DNA of 64,000 bases, from contig CAYMCO010000004.1 in assembly GCA_964388955.1 (NCBI GenBank), positions 112,327-176,326 of the forward strand. Reading direction: 5' to 3'. Positions 1-9,673 of this stretch are shown one piece after another; positions within the stretch are counted from its first letter, which is position 1; every line of letters begins with the position of its first letter. Below the pieces are notes generated by a model. It ran no database searches. It saw nothing but the letters and a program-made list of their open reading frames with translations, and was not told the origin of the DNA. The stretch is from an uncultured Anaerolineaceae bacterium (GTDB taxonomy: Bacteria; Chloroflexota; Anaerolineae; Anaerolineales; E44-bin32). Position numbers and translations under genes: made by a program.

Positions 1-22
1 ACGCATCGGGATCTGTGGCCTT

Positions 23-778
23 ATGAAAGCGTATCCAATTGCATTGTTACTGGGTTCAGTCATCGGCCTTCTTTGGCTGGGCTGGGCCCTGCCTCGCCCG
101 CAACTTCCCGGGACCCATGCGGCTCATTCGCTAGGGCGGAGCGATTTCCTCGATGCCGGCCTCTGGGCACTGGCGCTGGGATTGCTGGGCGCTCGTCTGG
201 CTTTCGCAGCAGGCCACTGGAGCTACTATTTCGAGAACCCCACCCAGATCCTGTGGTTCGGCCAAGGAGGGCTCAGTTGGATTGGCGGCGCCCTGGGCGG
301 GCTCCTTGGCATCGGTGTTTATAAGGCCATTTCCGACAAACCTTTCTGGTGGATCGCGGACGCAATTGCATTCCCCGCGGTGATCCTGTTTATTGCCCTC
401 TGGATCGGCTGCCTGCTGGATGGCTGCGCGTACGGGGCTACTGCAGCGGCCACTGGGTTCGGCTGGATCTCGCCGGATATGTTGGGGTCCCTCGCCCGGC
501 GCTGGCCAACGCAAACAGTCGCGGCCGTGGGAGGGCTGGGCCTCCTGCTGGCCCTCGAGCGCTTGAGACACCGGCATCTCAAGCCCGGACTGCTCGCCTG
601 CATTGCGTCCGTCGGTCTGGCAGTGATCTTGCTGGGGCTGAGCCTGGTGCGCGCGGATCCGGTTCCGTTTTTGGGCGGGATTCGACAGGACACCATCGGC
701 GCGTCCCTGCTGCTGGTTGTCAGCCTGGTTTCGGCCGGAGCGCTGCTGGCGCGCGGGGAGAGCAAGGAGGCCGGATGA
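23..778 (+). CDS. lgt: prolipoprotein diacylglyceryl transferase-like integral membrane protein
   Basis: 251-aa multi-TM ORF. The GGLSWIGGALGG, GCLLDGCAYG and RRWPTQ segments resemble Lgt-family signatures. Call is from motif memory only. Confidence 0.55.
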   Translation: MKAYPIALLLGSVIGLLWLGWALPRPQLPGTHAAHSLGRSDFLDAGLWALALGLLGARLAFAAGHWSYYFENPTQILWFGQGGLSWIGGALGGLLGIGVYKAISDKPFWWIADAIAFPAVILFIALWIGCLLDGCAYGATAAATGFGWISPDMLGSLARRWPTQTVAAVGGLGLLLALERLRHRHLKPGLLACIASVGLAVILLGLSLVRADPVPFLGGIRQDTIGASLLLVVSLVSAGALLARGESKEAG

Positions 779-1689
779 CAGCTCTGAAAGTCGCTTTGGT
801 GCAACTTAACACTCGACTGGGCCTGCCGCAAGCGAACCTGGAAAAGCATGTTTCCTATATCGATGAGGCGATGGCCGAAGATGCTGATCTGATCATCTTC
901 CCGGAGCTCTCCCTTACCGGATATGCCCTGCAAGATCTTGTGCCCTCCGTCGCTCGCCGGCCGAGCGGCGAAGATCCGATCTTCGGGCCTTTGTTGGCAG
1001 CCAGCAAAGAGATCGATATCATGGTCGGTTTTGTGGAGGACGGTAAGCGGCACCGCTTCTACATCTCGGCCGCCTACCTATCCGGTGGGGAGACGCTGCA
1101 CGTCCATCGCAAGGTATATTTGCCCACCTACGCGCTCTTCGATGAGGGGCGATTCTTCGCCTGGGGAGACCGAGTGATGGCCTTCGATACGCCTTTGGGC
1201 CGATTCGGTATGCTGATTTGTGAGGATTTCTGGCACATTTCTCCACCCTACCTTCTGTGGCTGGACGGCGCCGATGTGATGCTCTTTCAATCGGCTTCCC
1301 CTGGCCGGGGCCTGAGTCGGGACTCCAAATTCCGCACTTCGCGTTGGGTCGAGCAGATCAACCAGGCATACGCCAGCGTATTCACGACCTTTGTCGCTCA
1401 TACAAACCGGGTCGGATTCGAGGATGGCCTCAATTTCTGGGGCGGGGCGACGGTCTTCAACCCGGAAGGTGATCTGATCGCCCAGGGCCCCTATCATGAA
1501 GAATCCCTGACCATAGCACATCTCGACCTCAACCAGATACGCCGCACACGCACCCGGCTGCCCCTGTTGAGAGATGAGCGCACCGCGCTGATCGCGCGTG
1601 AGCTGGATCGCATCTTGCATGTGGACGGAAGATCGAGGTGGGATCGGTCACCGAAACCAGGACCAGGATGGGCGAATGATGATGGGTGA
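775..1689 (+). CDS. carbon-nitrogen hydrolase (nitrilase superfamily) protein, probable glutaminase partner of NadE
   Basis: Same frame as ORF 349..1689. The ATG at 775 overlaps the upstream stop (ATGA). Glu-Lys-Cys triad contexts are FPELSLTGY, HRKVYLP and GMLICEDFW. Confidence 0.8.
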   Translation: MTALKVALVQLNTRLGLPQANLEKHVSYIDEAMAEDADLIIFPELSLTGYALQDLVPSVARRPSGEDPIFGPLLAASKEIDIMVGFVEDGKRHRFYISAAYLSGGETLHVHRKVYLPTYALFDEGRFFAWGDRVMAFDTPLGRFGMLICEDFWHISPPYLLWLDGADVMLFQSASPGRGLSRDSKFRTSRWVEQINQAYASVFTTFVAHTNRVGFEDGLNFWGGATVFNPEGDLIAQGPYHEESLTIAHLDLNQIRRTRTRLPLLRDERTALIARELDRILHVDGRSRWDRSPKPGPGWANDDG

Positions 1690-2512
1690 TGAACTATCAT
1701 TGGATATCAACGTCGATCTGGCCAGAAGCACGATCGTCGACTTCATCCGCTCGGAGATTCAACGCGCCGGCTTCCAGCGAGCTTTGGTCGGCCTCTCCGG
1801 CGGGGTGGATTCATCCCTCACAGGCTACCTGACCGCCGAAGCGATGGGCCCAGAGAACGTGCTGGCCCTGCGCATGCCCTATGAGACCTCCTCGCCGGAA
1901 TCCATGGATCACGCTGAGTTGGTCATCAAAGCCACAGGAATGAAGCATCTCGATGTGCCCATCACCGAAATGGTCAACCCACTATTGGCCCGCTTTCCCG
2001 AGGCAGGCAGGGTGCGCATGGGAAACATCATGGCCCGCGAGCGGATGATTGTGCTCTATGACCAATCCGTGGCATTCGGCGGGTTGGTGGTGGGGACGGG
2101 CAACAAGAGCGAAATCCTGCTCGGCTACACGACCCTGTACGGGGACGCCGCCTGCGCCATCATGCCGCTGGGCGATCTATACAAGACTCAGGTGCGGACG
2201 CTCGCCGAGGCCGTCGGCGTTCCGGAAGTGATCCTGCAAAAACCCCCCTCGGCCGACCTTTGGGAGGGGCAAACCGATGAAGGGGAGTTGGGATTCAGCT
2301 ATGCGGAGGTCGACAAACTGCTGCTGCACCTTGTTGACGGGCGATACACACCGGACCAGTGCATCGAGGCTGGTTTCGAACCCGAGTTCGTCGCCAAGGT
2401 CTTGGAGCAGATGCGGCGCAACCAATTCAAGCGGATGATGCCTCCCATCGCCAAGCTCAGCAACCGCACCGTAGGCTATGATTTCCTGTACCTGCGGGAC
2501 TGGGGGACCTAG
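1676..2512 (+). CDS. nadE: NAD+ synthetase (ATP pyrophosphatase domain only)
   Basis: PP-loop SGGVDSS with NadE-like sequence throughout. Start chosen at MMMGDEL, giving a 14-nt overlap with the CN-hydrolase gene. An upstream start at 1598 is possible. Confidence 0.85.
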   Translation: MMMGDELSLDINVDLARSTIVDFIRSEIQRAGFQRALVGLSGGVDSSLTGYLTAEAMGPENVLALRMPYETSSPESMDHAELVIKATGMKHLDVPITEMVNPLLARFPEAGRVRMGNIMARERMIVLYDQSVAFGGLVVGTGNKSEILLGYTTLYGDAACAIMPLGDLYKTQVRTLAEAVGVPEVILQKPPSADLWEGQTDEGELGFSYAEVDKLLLHLVDGRYTPDQCIEAGFEPEFVAKVLEQMRRNQFKRMMPPIAKLSNRTVGYDFLYLRDWGT

Positions 2513-2588
2513 CGCCAGCGATGGATGCCTGCGCAAACCTCACCGATGAGGGGTTGAGCACGCACGCCGCGATGATCAGGTTGGCGCC

Positions 2589-3851
2589 TTGATACCGCCC
2601 GCTTTGCAGCATCGCCCATATCGTCTGCTGTGGTTTGGCATGCTGTTCTCGATACTCGGCAGCCGCATGCAGACCGCCGCCGTCCTTTGGCACGTGTACG
2701 AGTTGAGTGATCAACCCATCGCATTGGGGGGCGTCGGCCTGGTGACCATCCTGCCCATCCTGCTGCTCTCGCTGCCGGCCGGGGCAGTCTCCGATATTCG
2801 CGACAGACGCAAGCTGATGTTCATCACCCAAAGTACCTTGGCCCTGCTGGCCGCCCTGCTCGGCGCAATAACCGCCCGTTCTCAGGCGACGGTACCGATG
2901 ATCTACATCATCATCGCCCTCAGTTCGGCGGTTTGGGCTTTCGACACACCCGCCCGCCAATCCTTGATCCCCAATCTGGTCCCCTCGTCCGCGCTCACGA
3001 ATGCCTTCAGCATGAATGGAATCGCCATCGAGCTTGGCGCGATTCTCGGCCCGGGCCTCGGAGGCATGATCATCGCCAGATTGGGCATCGAGTACGCCTA
3101 CTACTGCAACGCGATTTCCTTTGGCGCCGTTCTGCTGGCCCTTGCCCTCATGGGGCCAATCCCGCAGCGAAAGATCTCCAAGTCTCTCCGTCAGCTGCTG
3201 ACGAAGGACCTGAGCGTCGAAGTGGGTGAGGGCCTGCGGTTTGTGCTCGATCACCCCATCATATTCCCGAGCATGCTGCTGGATTTCTTCGCCACGTTCT
3301 TCTCCACCGCAAGCGCACTGCTGCCCATATTCGCCAGAGACATCCTGGGGCTGGGCGCGGTGGGGTACGGCTGGCTTGCCGCGGCTCCCTCGGTGGGCGC
3401 GGCGATGGTGGCGTTGGGGATGGCCTTCGTGACAACCATTCGGAGACAGGGGCCCTTACTCCTGGTCGCGGTAGTGGGATTTGGACTCGCGACGGTCTTG
3501 TTCGGCATATCGCGCGTCTTTTGGCTGACATTTCTTGCCCTCTCCCTGACCGGATCCACCGACATGTTCAGCATGATCCTGCGGAACACGATGCGCCAGA
3601 TTCAGACTCCCGATTCACTGCGCGGGCGCATGACGAGCGTCAATCAGATGTTCTTCATGGGGGGTCCCCAGTTGGGCGAAATGGAAGCGGGGCTGGTCGC
3701 CCAATGGGCAGGGCCGGTCGTGGCGGTGCTCAGCGGCGGCATCGGATGCCTGGTGGCAGTGGGCTGGATCGCCTCCCGTTTTCCGGGTCTGGCCCGCTAT
3801 GATGGCGAGGCCGCCTACACGCCGGAGACAAGGGCCAGCCCGGCGGCCTGA
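2589..3851 (+). CDS. MFS transporter (EntS/MFS_3-like exporter)
   Basis: 420 aa with about 12 predicted TM helices. N-terminal YRLLWFGMLFSILG is typical of this MFS subgroup. TTG start. Confidence 0.8.
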   Translation: MIPPALQHRPYRLLWFGMLFSILGSRMQTAAVLWHVYELSDQPIALGGVGLVTILPILLLSLPAGAVSDIRDRRKLMFITQSTLALLAALLGAITARSQATVPMIYIIIALSSAVWAFDTPARQSLIPNLVPSSALTNAFSMNGIAIELGAILGPGLGGMIIARLGIEYAYYCNAISFGAVLLALALMGPIPQRKISKSLRQLLTKDLSVEVGEGLRFVLDHPIIFPSMLLDFFATFFSTASALLPIFARDILGLGAVGYGWLAAAPSVGAAMVALGMAFVTTIRRQGPLLLVAVVGFGLATVLFGISRVFWLTFLALSLTGSTDMFSMILRNTMRQIQTPDSLRGRMTSVNQMFFMGGPQLGEMEAGLVAQWAGPVVAVLSGGIGCLVAVGWIASRFPGLARYDGEAAYTPETRASPAA

Positions 3852-3928
3852 CGCTCGTCCGAGCCGATCCAGCAGGGAGCCGGTTGACACCGGCCGACTT
3901 GCCGGCTGCGAGAAGGGGATAATCTGTA

Positions 3929-4345
3929 GTGTCCGATAGTGATTCTGCGAAGCGCCAATCCACATTCCGAAAGCAGGTCTATGAGATCGTGCGGGTAATC
4001 CCGCCGGGGCGAGTGATGACCTATGGGGGAATCGCGGCCTTGATTCCTCCGCCAGCGGACATGTTCCTCCCCAGCTACCGCCGTGTTCGGGCCCGCTGGG
4101 CGGGCTATGCCATGCAGAAATGCCCCGAGGAGCTCCCCTGGCATCGGGTGGTGAATGCACAAGGCAGAGTCAGCCCGCGCATGGGCCACGGCCCACACGT
4201 CCAGCGCCTCCTTCTGCAAGAGGAAGGGGTGGCTTTCGATGCGCGAGGATGCATCGATCTGGACGCCTGCCGTTGGTTTCCATCAGAGGACTGGCTGACA
4301 TCGCGTGGGTTGCTGCCGCCCGCCAAGGGGGAGGCGGGCCCATAA
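3929..4345 (+). CDS. alkyltransferase-like (ATL) / MGMT-family DNA-binding protein
   Basis: 138 aa. O6-alkylguanine-transferase DNA-binding domain with PWHRVV, where Trp replaces the catalytic Cys of PCHRV as in ATL proteins. GTG start. Confidence 0.75.
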   Translation: MSDSDSAKRQSTFRKQVYEIVRVIPPGRVMTYGGIAALIPPPADMFLPSYRRVRARWAGYAMQKCPEELPWHRVVNAQGRVSPRMGHGPHVQRLLLQEEGVAFDARGCIDLDACRWFPSEDWLTSRGLLPPAKGEAGP

Positions 4346-4437
4346 GGCAGGTCATTTCTTGATAGATTGACCCGTCATTCGCCGGCCGACAATTGCGGCA
4401 CTTGGGTCGATCATTCCGGGGGGGAGTTCACAGGGAC

Positions 4438-5208
4438 ATGTTCGCGATGCTATTGGCCGGAGGAACCCTGGGGCGGCAGGAGAGCCTTTTTCCCTACGCC
4501 CCGGCAGGTCGGAAGGCGCTCATCGATGTGGCTGGCAAGCCCATGCTGCGCTGGGTGCTGGAAGCCCTTGAAGGCGCCGAACTCATCGATGAAGTCGTGG
4601 TCATCGGCCTGGAACACCGGCCTGACCTGGAGATAGCGAAGACGACGCACTTCATCTCCGACCAAGGCGGCCTGCTCGCCAATGCCAGGAGCGGATTGAG
4701 CTACATCGAGCGCGTGAACCCGGGGGCCGATCGGGTGCTGGTCATTTCCGGGGATGTCCCGGCCGTTAGGTCGGAGATGGTGGATTGGCGTTGCCGGGCC
4801 GCGTTGGATAGCGACGCTGACCTCTCCTACCTTGCCATCGAGCGTGATGTGATGGAATCCCGCTTTCCGGGCTCAAGCCGCTCCTACGTGCGGGTGCAGA
4901 AACTCCAACTGTGCGGCGGTGATTGCCACGTCGTGCGAACCGGGCTCCTGGCTGAGGAACCGCTCTGGGAGCGTTTGATATCCGCCCGCAAGAATCCCCT
5001 TCGCCAGGCCGCCCTGGTCGGCTATGACACCTTGCTCGGGCTTCTCTTGCACCGCCTTTCGCTTCGGGGGGCGGAGCGCAAAATCAGCCGACGCCTCGGG
5101 ATCAATGGGCGCGTGCAGCTTTCGCCATATGCCGAGCTGGGCATGGATGTGGACACCCCCCAGCAGCTGGAAACGCTCCGGGGGGATGTCGCGGGGCGGG
5201 GCATATGA
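4438..5208 (+). CDS. MobA-like NTP transferase domain protein
   Basis: N-terminal MLLAGGTLGRQ nucleotide-binding loop and VISGDVP motif. ATG at 4438 preferred over the 4393 start. Confidence 0.6.
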   Translation: MFAMLLAGGTLGRQESLFPYAPAGRKALIDVAGKPMLRWVLEALEGAELIDEVVVIGLEHRPDLEIAKTTHFISDQGGLLANARSGLSYIERVNPGADRVLVISGDVPAVRSEMVDWRCRAALDSDADLSYLAIERDVMESRFPGSSRSYVRVQKLQLCGGDCHVVRTGLLAEEPLWERLISARKNPLRQAALVGYDTLLGLLLHRLSLRGAERKISRRLGINGRVQLSPYAELGMDVDTPQQLETLRGDVAGRGI

Positions 5209-5723
5209 TCCAGAATGTGCTCCGAATGATGCGGGAAGAGGATGCCCGATGGTCCAGCCGGTTGCATATCGGCGCGCAGCCCGGCCCCCTGCGGAGGGCG
5301 GCGATACTGCTCGCTCACTCCGGCGACTCATGGTTTTGGTTCCTTGGCCTGGGCTTAGTCTGGCGATTCGGGGAAGGGCCTTGGCAGCCCTGGGCGGCCA
5401 GGTTGATTGTCGTGATATTTCTGACCGCCGTTCTGGTCATGGTGCTCAAATTCAGCATCCGCCGCCGCCGACCGGAGGGGACATGGGGTGGTATCTATCG
5501 GGTGACAGATCCGCATTCTTTCCCCTCGGGCCACGCCGCCCGGGTCGCCCTGATCGCCATCCTCAGCCTCGCATGGGCCCCTCCCTGGCTGGCGTTGGTC
5601 CTGCTGGTCTGGGCTCCGCTGGTCGCCTGGGCCCGGGTGGCCATGGGGCTGCACTATCTCTCCGACGTGACCGTCGGCGCGCTGATTGGCGCGATCATGG
5701 CCGGAGCCCGTCTGACCCTGTAG
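5205..5723 (+). CDS. PAP2-family phosphatase (membrane)
   Basis: PAP2 motifs SFPSGHA and HYLSDV, several TM helices, and a 4-nt overlap with the upstream gene. Confidence 0.7.
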   Translation: MIQNVLRMMREEDARWSSRLHIGAQPGPLRRAAILLAHSGDSWFWFLGLGLVWRFGEGPWQPWAARLIVVIFLTAVLVMVLKFSIRRRRPEGTWGGIYRVTDPHSFPSGHAARVALIAILSLAWAPPWLALVLLVWAPLVAWARVAMGLHYLSDVTVGALIGAIMAGARLTL

Positions 5724-7646
5724 TCATCCCCCTACCCCCAACTCGCGCGCCAGCTTCTCCCACTTCGCGAGCGCAGAAGTGAGCGCACGTTGGTGCAGGG
5801 CGTACTGCTCCCCCAGGCTCCGTATTCGCTCCACATTCGCGCCGGCGGCGGACATTCCAGCCGCCAGATCCTGCATCGAACTTTCCAGTTGCGCGATTTG
5901 CTCCTCCAGCCGGCCCAATTCTTGATGATCCCTCCGACTTGCTTCCGCTCGCGACTCGGACGCCCCCGCCATGTTTCTGGACTTCCGGCGCTTGCCCTCC
6001 GCCTTCGACCCCGCCTCACCCGCTCGCGCCGCCAGATATTCCGCATATCCATGGCCAAATACCTGCATCCGTTTCTGGCTCGGCGAAATGGCCCACACCC
6101 GGGTCGCCAAGGCCTCGATCAGGTAGCGATCATGCGAGACCAGCAGAATCGTGCCGGGGAAATCTGCCAACGCGGCCTGCAGAATCTCCTGTGAGGGCAG
6201 ATCCAAATGATTGGTAGGCTCGTCCAGCAACAAGAGGTTGGCGCCCGCCTGGCTCAGCTTGGCCAATGCCAATCGGCCTCGCTCCCCGCCGGATAGGGAC
6301 GCGACACGCTTGTAAACATCATCTCCCGTGAAGAGGAACAGCGCCAACAACGAACGCGCTTCGGAGATGGGCATCCCCGCCGAAGCACCCAGAATTTCGT
6401 CCAATACCGTCCCGCCGGCATCCAAACCCTCGTGGGCTTGTGCGAAATACCCCACCTGTACCCCCGCCCCAAGCTTGATCTCGCCTCTCAGCGGTTCGAG
6501 CTCTCCCATGAGAGTCTTCAAGAAGGTGGTCTTCCCCGCCCCATTGGGGCCGATAATAGCCGCGCACTCCCCGCGCAGCAGGAGCAAATCGGGTATTTCG
6601 AAGAGAAATCCCTCCCCGTCAGGGTAACCTACCGCCAAGTCATGGGTCTCGATGACCCGATCCCCAGATCGGCTTCCGGCGTCGAAATCAATACGCACTT
6701 TTCGGCCGGACCGCGGCGCCTCAATCGCACCATCCCGCATGAAGCGCTCCAGCCGTTTTCGCCTCCCCTGCGCTTGCTTGGTGTTCTGTCCGGCGATATT
6801 GCGGCGGATATATTCACGCTCGCGCTCGATGAACTCCTGTTGGGATTGGAATTCCTTCTGGCGCCGCGCGGCGCGCTCCTCTCGCTGATGGATATAGGCG
6901 GAGTAATTGCCGCGATACGCCTCGATCCCATTGGTGGTCAACTCCCAGACCTGACGGGCGGTTTCATCCAGGAAATAGCGATCGTGCGACACGACGAGCA
7001 CAGCGCCCGCATAATCCGCCAGCCAGCTCTCCATCCACTCAATGGCGAGGATATCCAGGTGATTCGTCGGTTCGTCCAAGAGCAGCATCCCGGGCGACTC
7101 CAACAGCAGCCGCGCCAGCATCGCTCGGGTGCGCTCGCCGCCGGAAAGCCCTTCCAGGGAACGATCGAACTCAGCCTCATCAAAACCCAGCCCGAACAGC
7201 ACCCGCTGCAGCTCAGCGCGGTAGGTGTACCCTCCCTGTCCCTCAAAAGCCTCTTGGACTTTTCCATAGCGGGAGAGCACGCTGGGGGAACCGCCCTGCG
7301 CTGCCATCAGCGCCTCAAGCTCCCGCATCTCCCTTTCGAGATTCAGCAATCCACGGAAAGCACCCAGACAATAATCCCACACGCTCAGCGCCAACTGCGA
7401 GCTCCGGGAAGTCGAGAAGATGACCTCCTGCGGCAGGTACCCGATCGACAGGCCCCGCGCGCGGTGGACCGCGCCTGAATCGGTCGTCTCGATCCCCGCC
7501 AGCAGGCGCAGGAGCGTCGTCTTCCCCACCCCATTCGGACCCACCAGGGCGATCCGGTCGCGTTCGTGGACGGCCAGGGACACCCCACGAAATACATCCT
7601 GAGGGCCGTACGCCTTAGACAATTCAGAAGCCGTCAGTAGAGACAT
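5724..7646 (-). CDS. ABC-F family ATPase (Uup/YheS-like)
   Basis: 640 aa. Two ABC cassettes (GPNGVGKTT and GPNGAGKTT Walker A, two LSGGE signatures), an inter-domain linker, a C-terminal coiled coil, and no TM domain. Confidence 0.9.
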   Translation of the reverse strand: MSLLTASELSKAYGPQDVFRGVSLAVHERDRIALVGPNGVGKTTLLRLLAGIETTDSGAVHRARGLSIGYLPQEVIFSTSRSSQLALSVWDYCLGAFRGLLNLEREMRELEALMAAQGGSPSVLSRYGKVQEAFEGQGGYTYRAELQRVLFGLGFDEAEFDRSLEGLSGGERTRAMLARLLLESPGMLLLDEPTNHLDILAIEWMESWLADYAGAVLVVSHDRYFLDETARQVWELTTNGIEAYRGNYSAYIHQREERAARRQKEFQSQQEFIEREREYIRRNIAGQNTKQAQGRRKRLERFMRDGAIEAPRSGRKVRIDFDAGSRSGDRVIETHDLAVGYPDGEGFLFEIPDLLLLRGECAAIIGPNGAGKTTFLKTLMGELEPLRGEIKLGAGVQVGYFAQAHEGLDAGGTVLDEILGASAGMPISEARSLLALFLFTGDDVYKRVASLSGGERGRLALAKLSQAGANLLLLDEPTNHLDLPSQEILQAALADFPGTILLVSHDRYLIEALATRVWAISPSQKRMQVFGHGYAEYLAARAGEAGSKAEGKRRKSRNMAGASESRAEASRRDHQELGRLEEQIAQLESSMQDLAAGMSAAGANVERIRSLGEQYALHQRALTSALAKWEKLARELGVGG

Positions 7647-7818
7647 CTTTGCCGGCCCGGATTATACCGTAGCAGGACGGCGAGCTCGGCCGGGATGAAC
7701 GCCGCCACAGCGCGTCGCCGGAGGGGAATCTTGACGCGGGATAGGATCCCTATCCCAAGACGCCGCGCCACGAACCGCGTTCGGTGCCCCCGCGTTATTC
7801 TCGCCACCGGCGCTGCGC

Positions 7819-7824
7819 TATAAT
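7819..7824 (+). promoter_or_regulatory. -10-like TATAAT about 30 nt upstream of the 7854 ATG
   Basis: Exact TATAAT hexamer inside an otherwise GC-rich 207-bp intergenic region. A TTGACG at 7731 plus an 8-bp-stem palindrome GGGATAGG-ATC-CCTATCCC (7738..7756) lie further upstream. Confidence 0.35.
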
Positions 7825-7853
7825 TCCTTGGGACGGGATGGATACCAGAGACT

Positions 7854-8249
7854 ATGGCTGAGCCATCTGATTCGGACTATCGAGGGGTTCTAATCTCCGC
7901 AGCATTTATGGCCCTTCTCGGCTGGCTGGGCATCTACCTCGTCGTGACCCGAAGCCTGCCCACTGTCGGGCCTCGATGGCTGCTGTTCTTCCTTTGGACC
8001 CTGGCCGCGACGGGGACGGCGCTCCCTTTCGTGTGGCTGCTTCATCGTCGCTTCGGCGGAGGGCACCCCACCCCCCCGGGGATCGTCATGCGTCAGGGGA
8101 TCGAGGTGGGCCTTTTCGCCGCATTGACCTTGTGGCTGCAGATCAACCGCGCGCTCAGCCTCTCTCTGGCACTGATGATCGCTGTCGGCCTGGGCCTGAT
8201 TGAGGCGTTCCTGCGCTTAATTGAGCGCAGCCGCTGGAGCCCCCGCTGA
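7854..8249 (+). CDS. hypothetical 4-TM membrane protein
   Basis: 131 aa with four hydrophobic helices. Its stop overlaps the selA start (TGATG), suggesting co-translation. Confidence 0.5.
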   Translation: MAEPSDSDYRGVLISAAFMALLGWLGIYLVVTRSLPTVGPRWLLFFLWTLAATGTALPFVWLLHRRFGGGHPTPPGIVMRQGIEVGLFAALTLWLQINRALSLSLALMIAVGLGLIEAFLRLIERSRWSPR

Positions 8250-9592
8250 TGCGGATGCGTGATATCCCCTCTGTGGACCGCCTGCTGCAAACCCCAGCCG
8301 GGGATGGCTGGGTTGAGGCGTACGGGCGCCCCTTGACACTCCAGGCCGTGCGCCACCAGTTGGATGCCGCACGGGATCTCATTCAGGCGGGAGAGGATGA
8401 CGTGCGGCTTGAGGACATATACGCCGGTGTGACGGATATGCTCCGCAAGTGGAACTTCACCTCCCTGCGGCGGGTGATCAACGCCACAGGGGTAATATTG
8501 CACACAAACCTGGGACGGGCGCCCCTAAGCAGGGCCGCCCAGGAGGCGGCTCTGGAAGCCGCCGGTGAATACAGCACTTTGGAGTACGACCTCGATGCGG
8601 GCCAGAGAGGGAAACGGGAGACACATTGCGACGAATCCCTTTGCTTGCTGACCGGCGCCGAGGCTTCATTTGTAGTGAACAACAATGCCTCCGCGGTCCT
8701 GCTGGCGCTCACGGCGCTCGCCAAGGGCCGACAGGTCTTGATCTCCCGAACGCAGTTGATCGAGATCGGCGGCGGCTTCCGCATTCCGGAGGTCCTCAAC
8801 CAATCCGGAAGTCAGTTGGTCGAGGTGGGCACGACCAACCGCACCCACCTCCATGATTTCGAGCGCGCCCTTTGCCACGGAACCGCCCTGATTCTGCGCG
8901 CACACCATTCCAACTTCAAGATCGTTGGTTTCACCACCGAGCCCTCTCTGAGGGAACTGGTTGCACTTGGGGCGCAGCGGGATATCCCGGTCGTGGACGA
9001 CCTCGGCTCGGGCGCCCTGCTGGACACCACCCGATTCGGTCTGGGTCACGAGTTCACCGTGCAGGAGTCGCTGGAGGCGGGCGCCTCGCTGGTCTGCTTC
9101 TCTGGTGACAAGCTGCTGGGAGGCCCGCAGGCGGGGATCATCCTGGGCCGCGAAGCGCTCATGGATGAACTCCGGGCCCATCCTTTGGCGAGAGCCTTGC
9201 GCCCGGACAAGATGTGCCTGGCGGCGTTGAGCGCGACGCTGATCCACTACCTCCGAGACGAGGCGATTGAACATATCCCCATCTGGCAGATGATCAGCGC
9301 CACCAAGGAACAGATGCGATCCCGCGCCTTGCGTTGGAGTCAGACGCTCGGGAAGGGGGAGGTGACCGCCAGCCGCTCCACGGTCGGCGGCGGCAGTCTC
9401 CCGGAGGAAACGCTGCCTACTTGGACCTTGGCGTTGGAGAGCGACCACCCAGATCGCCTGGCGGCCGATCTGCGCGCCGCAGAGCCGCCTGTTATCGGGC
9501 GCATCGCGGAGGGGCGACTGCTCTTGGATCCCCGCACGGTATTCCCCGGGCAGGAAGAAGATCTGCTGCACGCGCTGAGCGCCGCGCTTTGA
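8249..9592 (+). CDS. selA: L-seryl-tRNA(Sec) selenium transferase
   Basis: 447 aa. Motifs IPSVDRLL, RRVINATGVILHTNLGRA, LIEIGGGFRIPEV, GTTNRTH and the PLD-lysine context SGDKLLGGPQAGII are all typical SelA motifs. Confidence 0.85.
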   Translation: MRMRDIPSVDRLLQTPAGDGWVEAYGRPLTLQAVRHQLDAARDLIQAGEDDVRLEDIYAGVTDMLRKWNFTSLRRVINATGVILHTNLGRAPLSRAAQEAALEAAGEYSTLEYDLDAGQRGKRETHCDESLCLLTGAEASFVVNNNASAVLLALTALAKGRQVLISRTQLIEIGGGFRIPEVLNQSGSQLVEVGTTNRTHLHDFERALCHGTALILRAHHSNFKIVGFTTEPSLRELVALGAQRDIPVVDDLGSGALLDTTRFGLGHEFTVQESLEAGASLVCFSGDKLLGGPQAGIILGREALMDELRAHPLARALRPDKMCLAALSATLIHYLRDEAIEHIPIWQMISATKEQMRSRALRWSQTLGKGEVTASRSTVGGGSLPEETLPTWTLALESDHPDRLAADLRAAEPPVIGRIAEGRLLLDPRTVFPGQEEDLLHALSAAL

Positions 9593-9673
9593 ATGCGGGT
9601 TTGCGACGATGAACCGGCGCTCCTGCGGCGTGAGGCTGGAAACCACGTGACGGATTGTGGAGGGAGATGAAAC

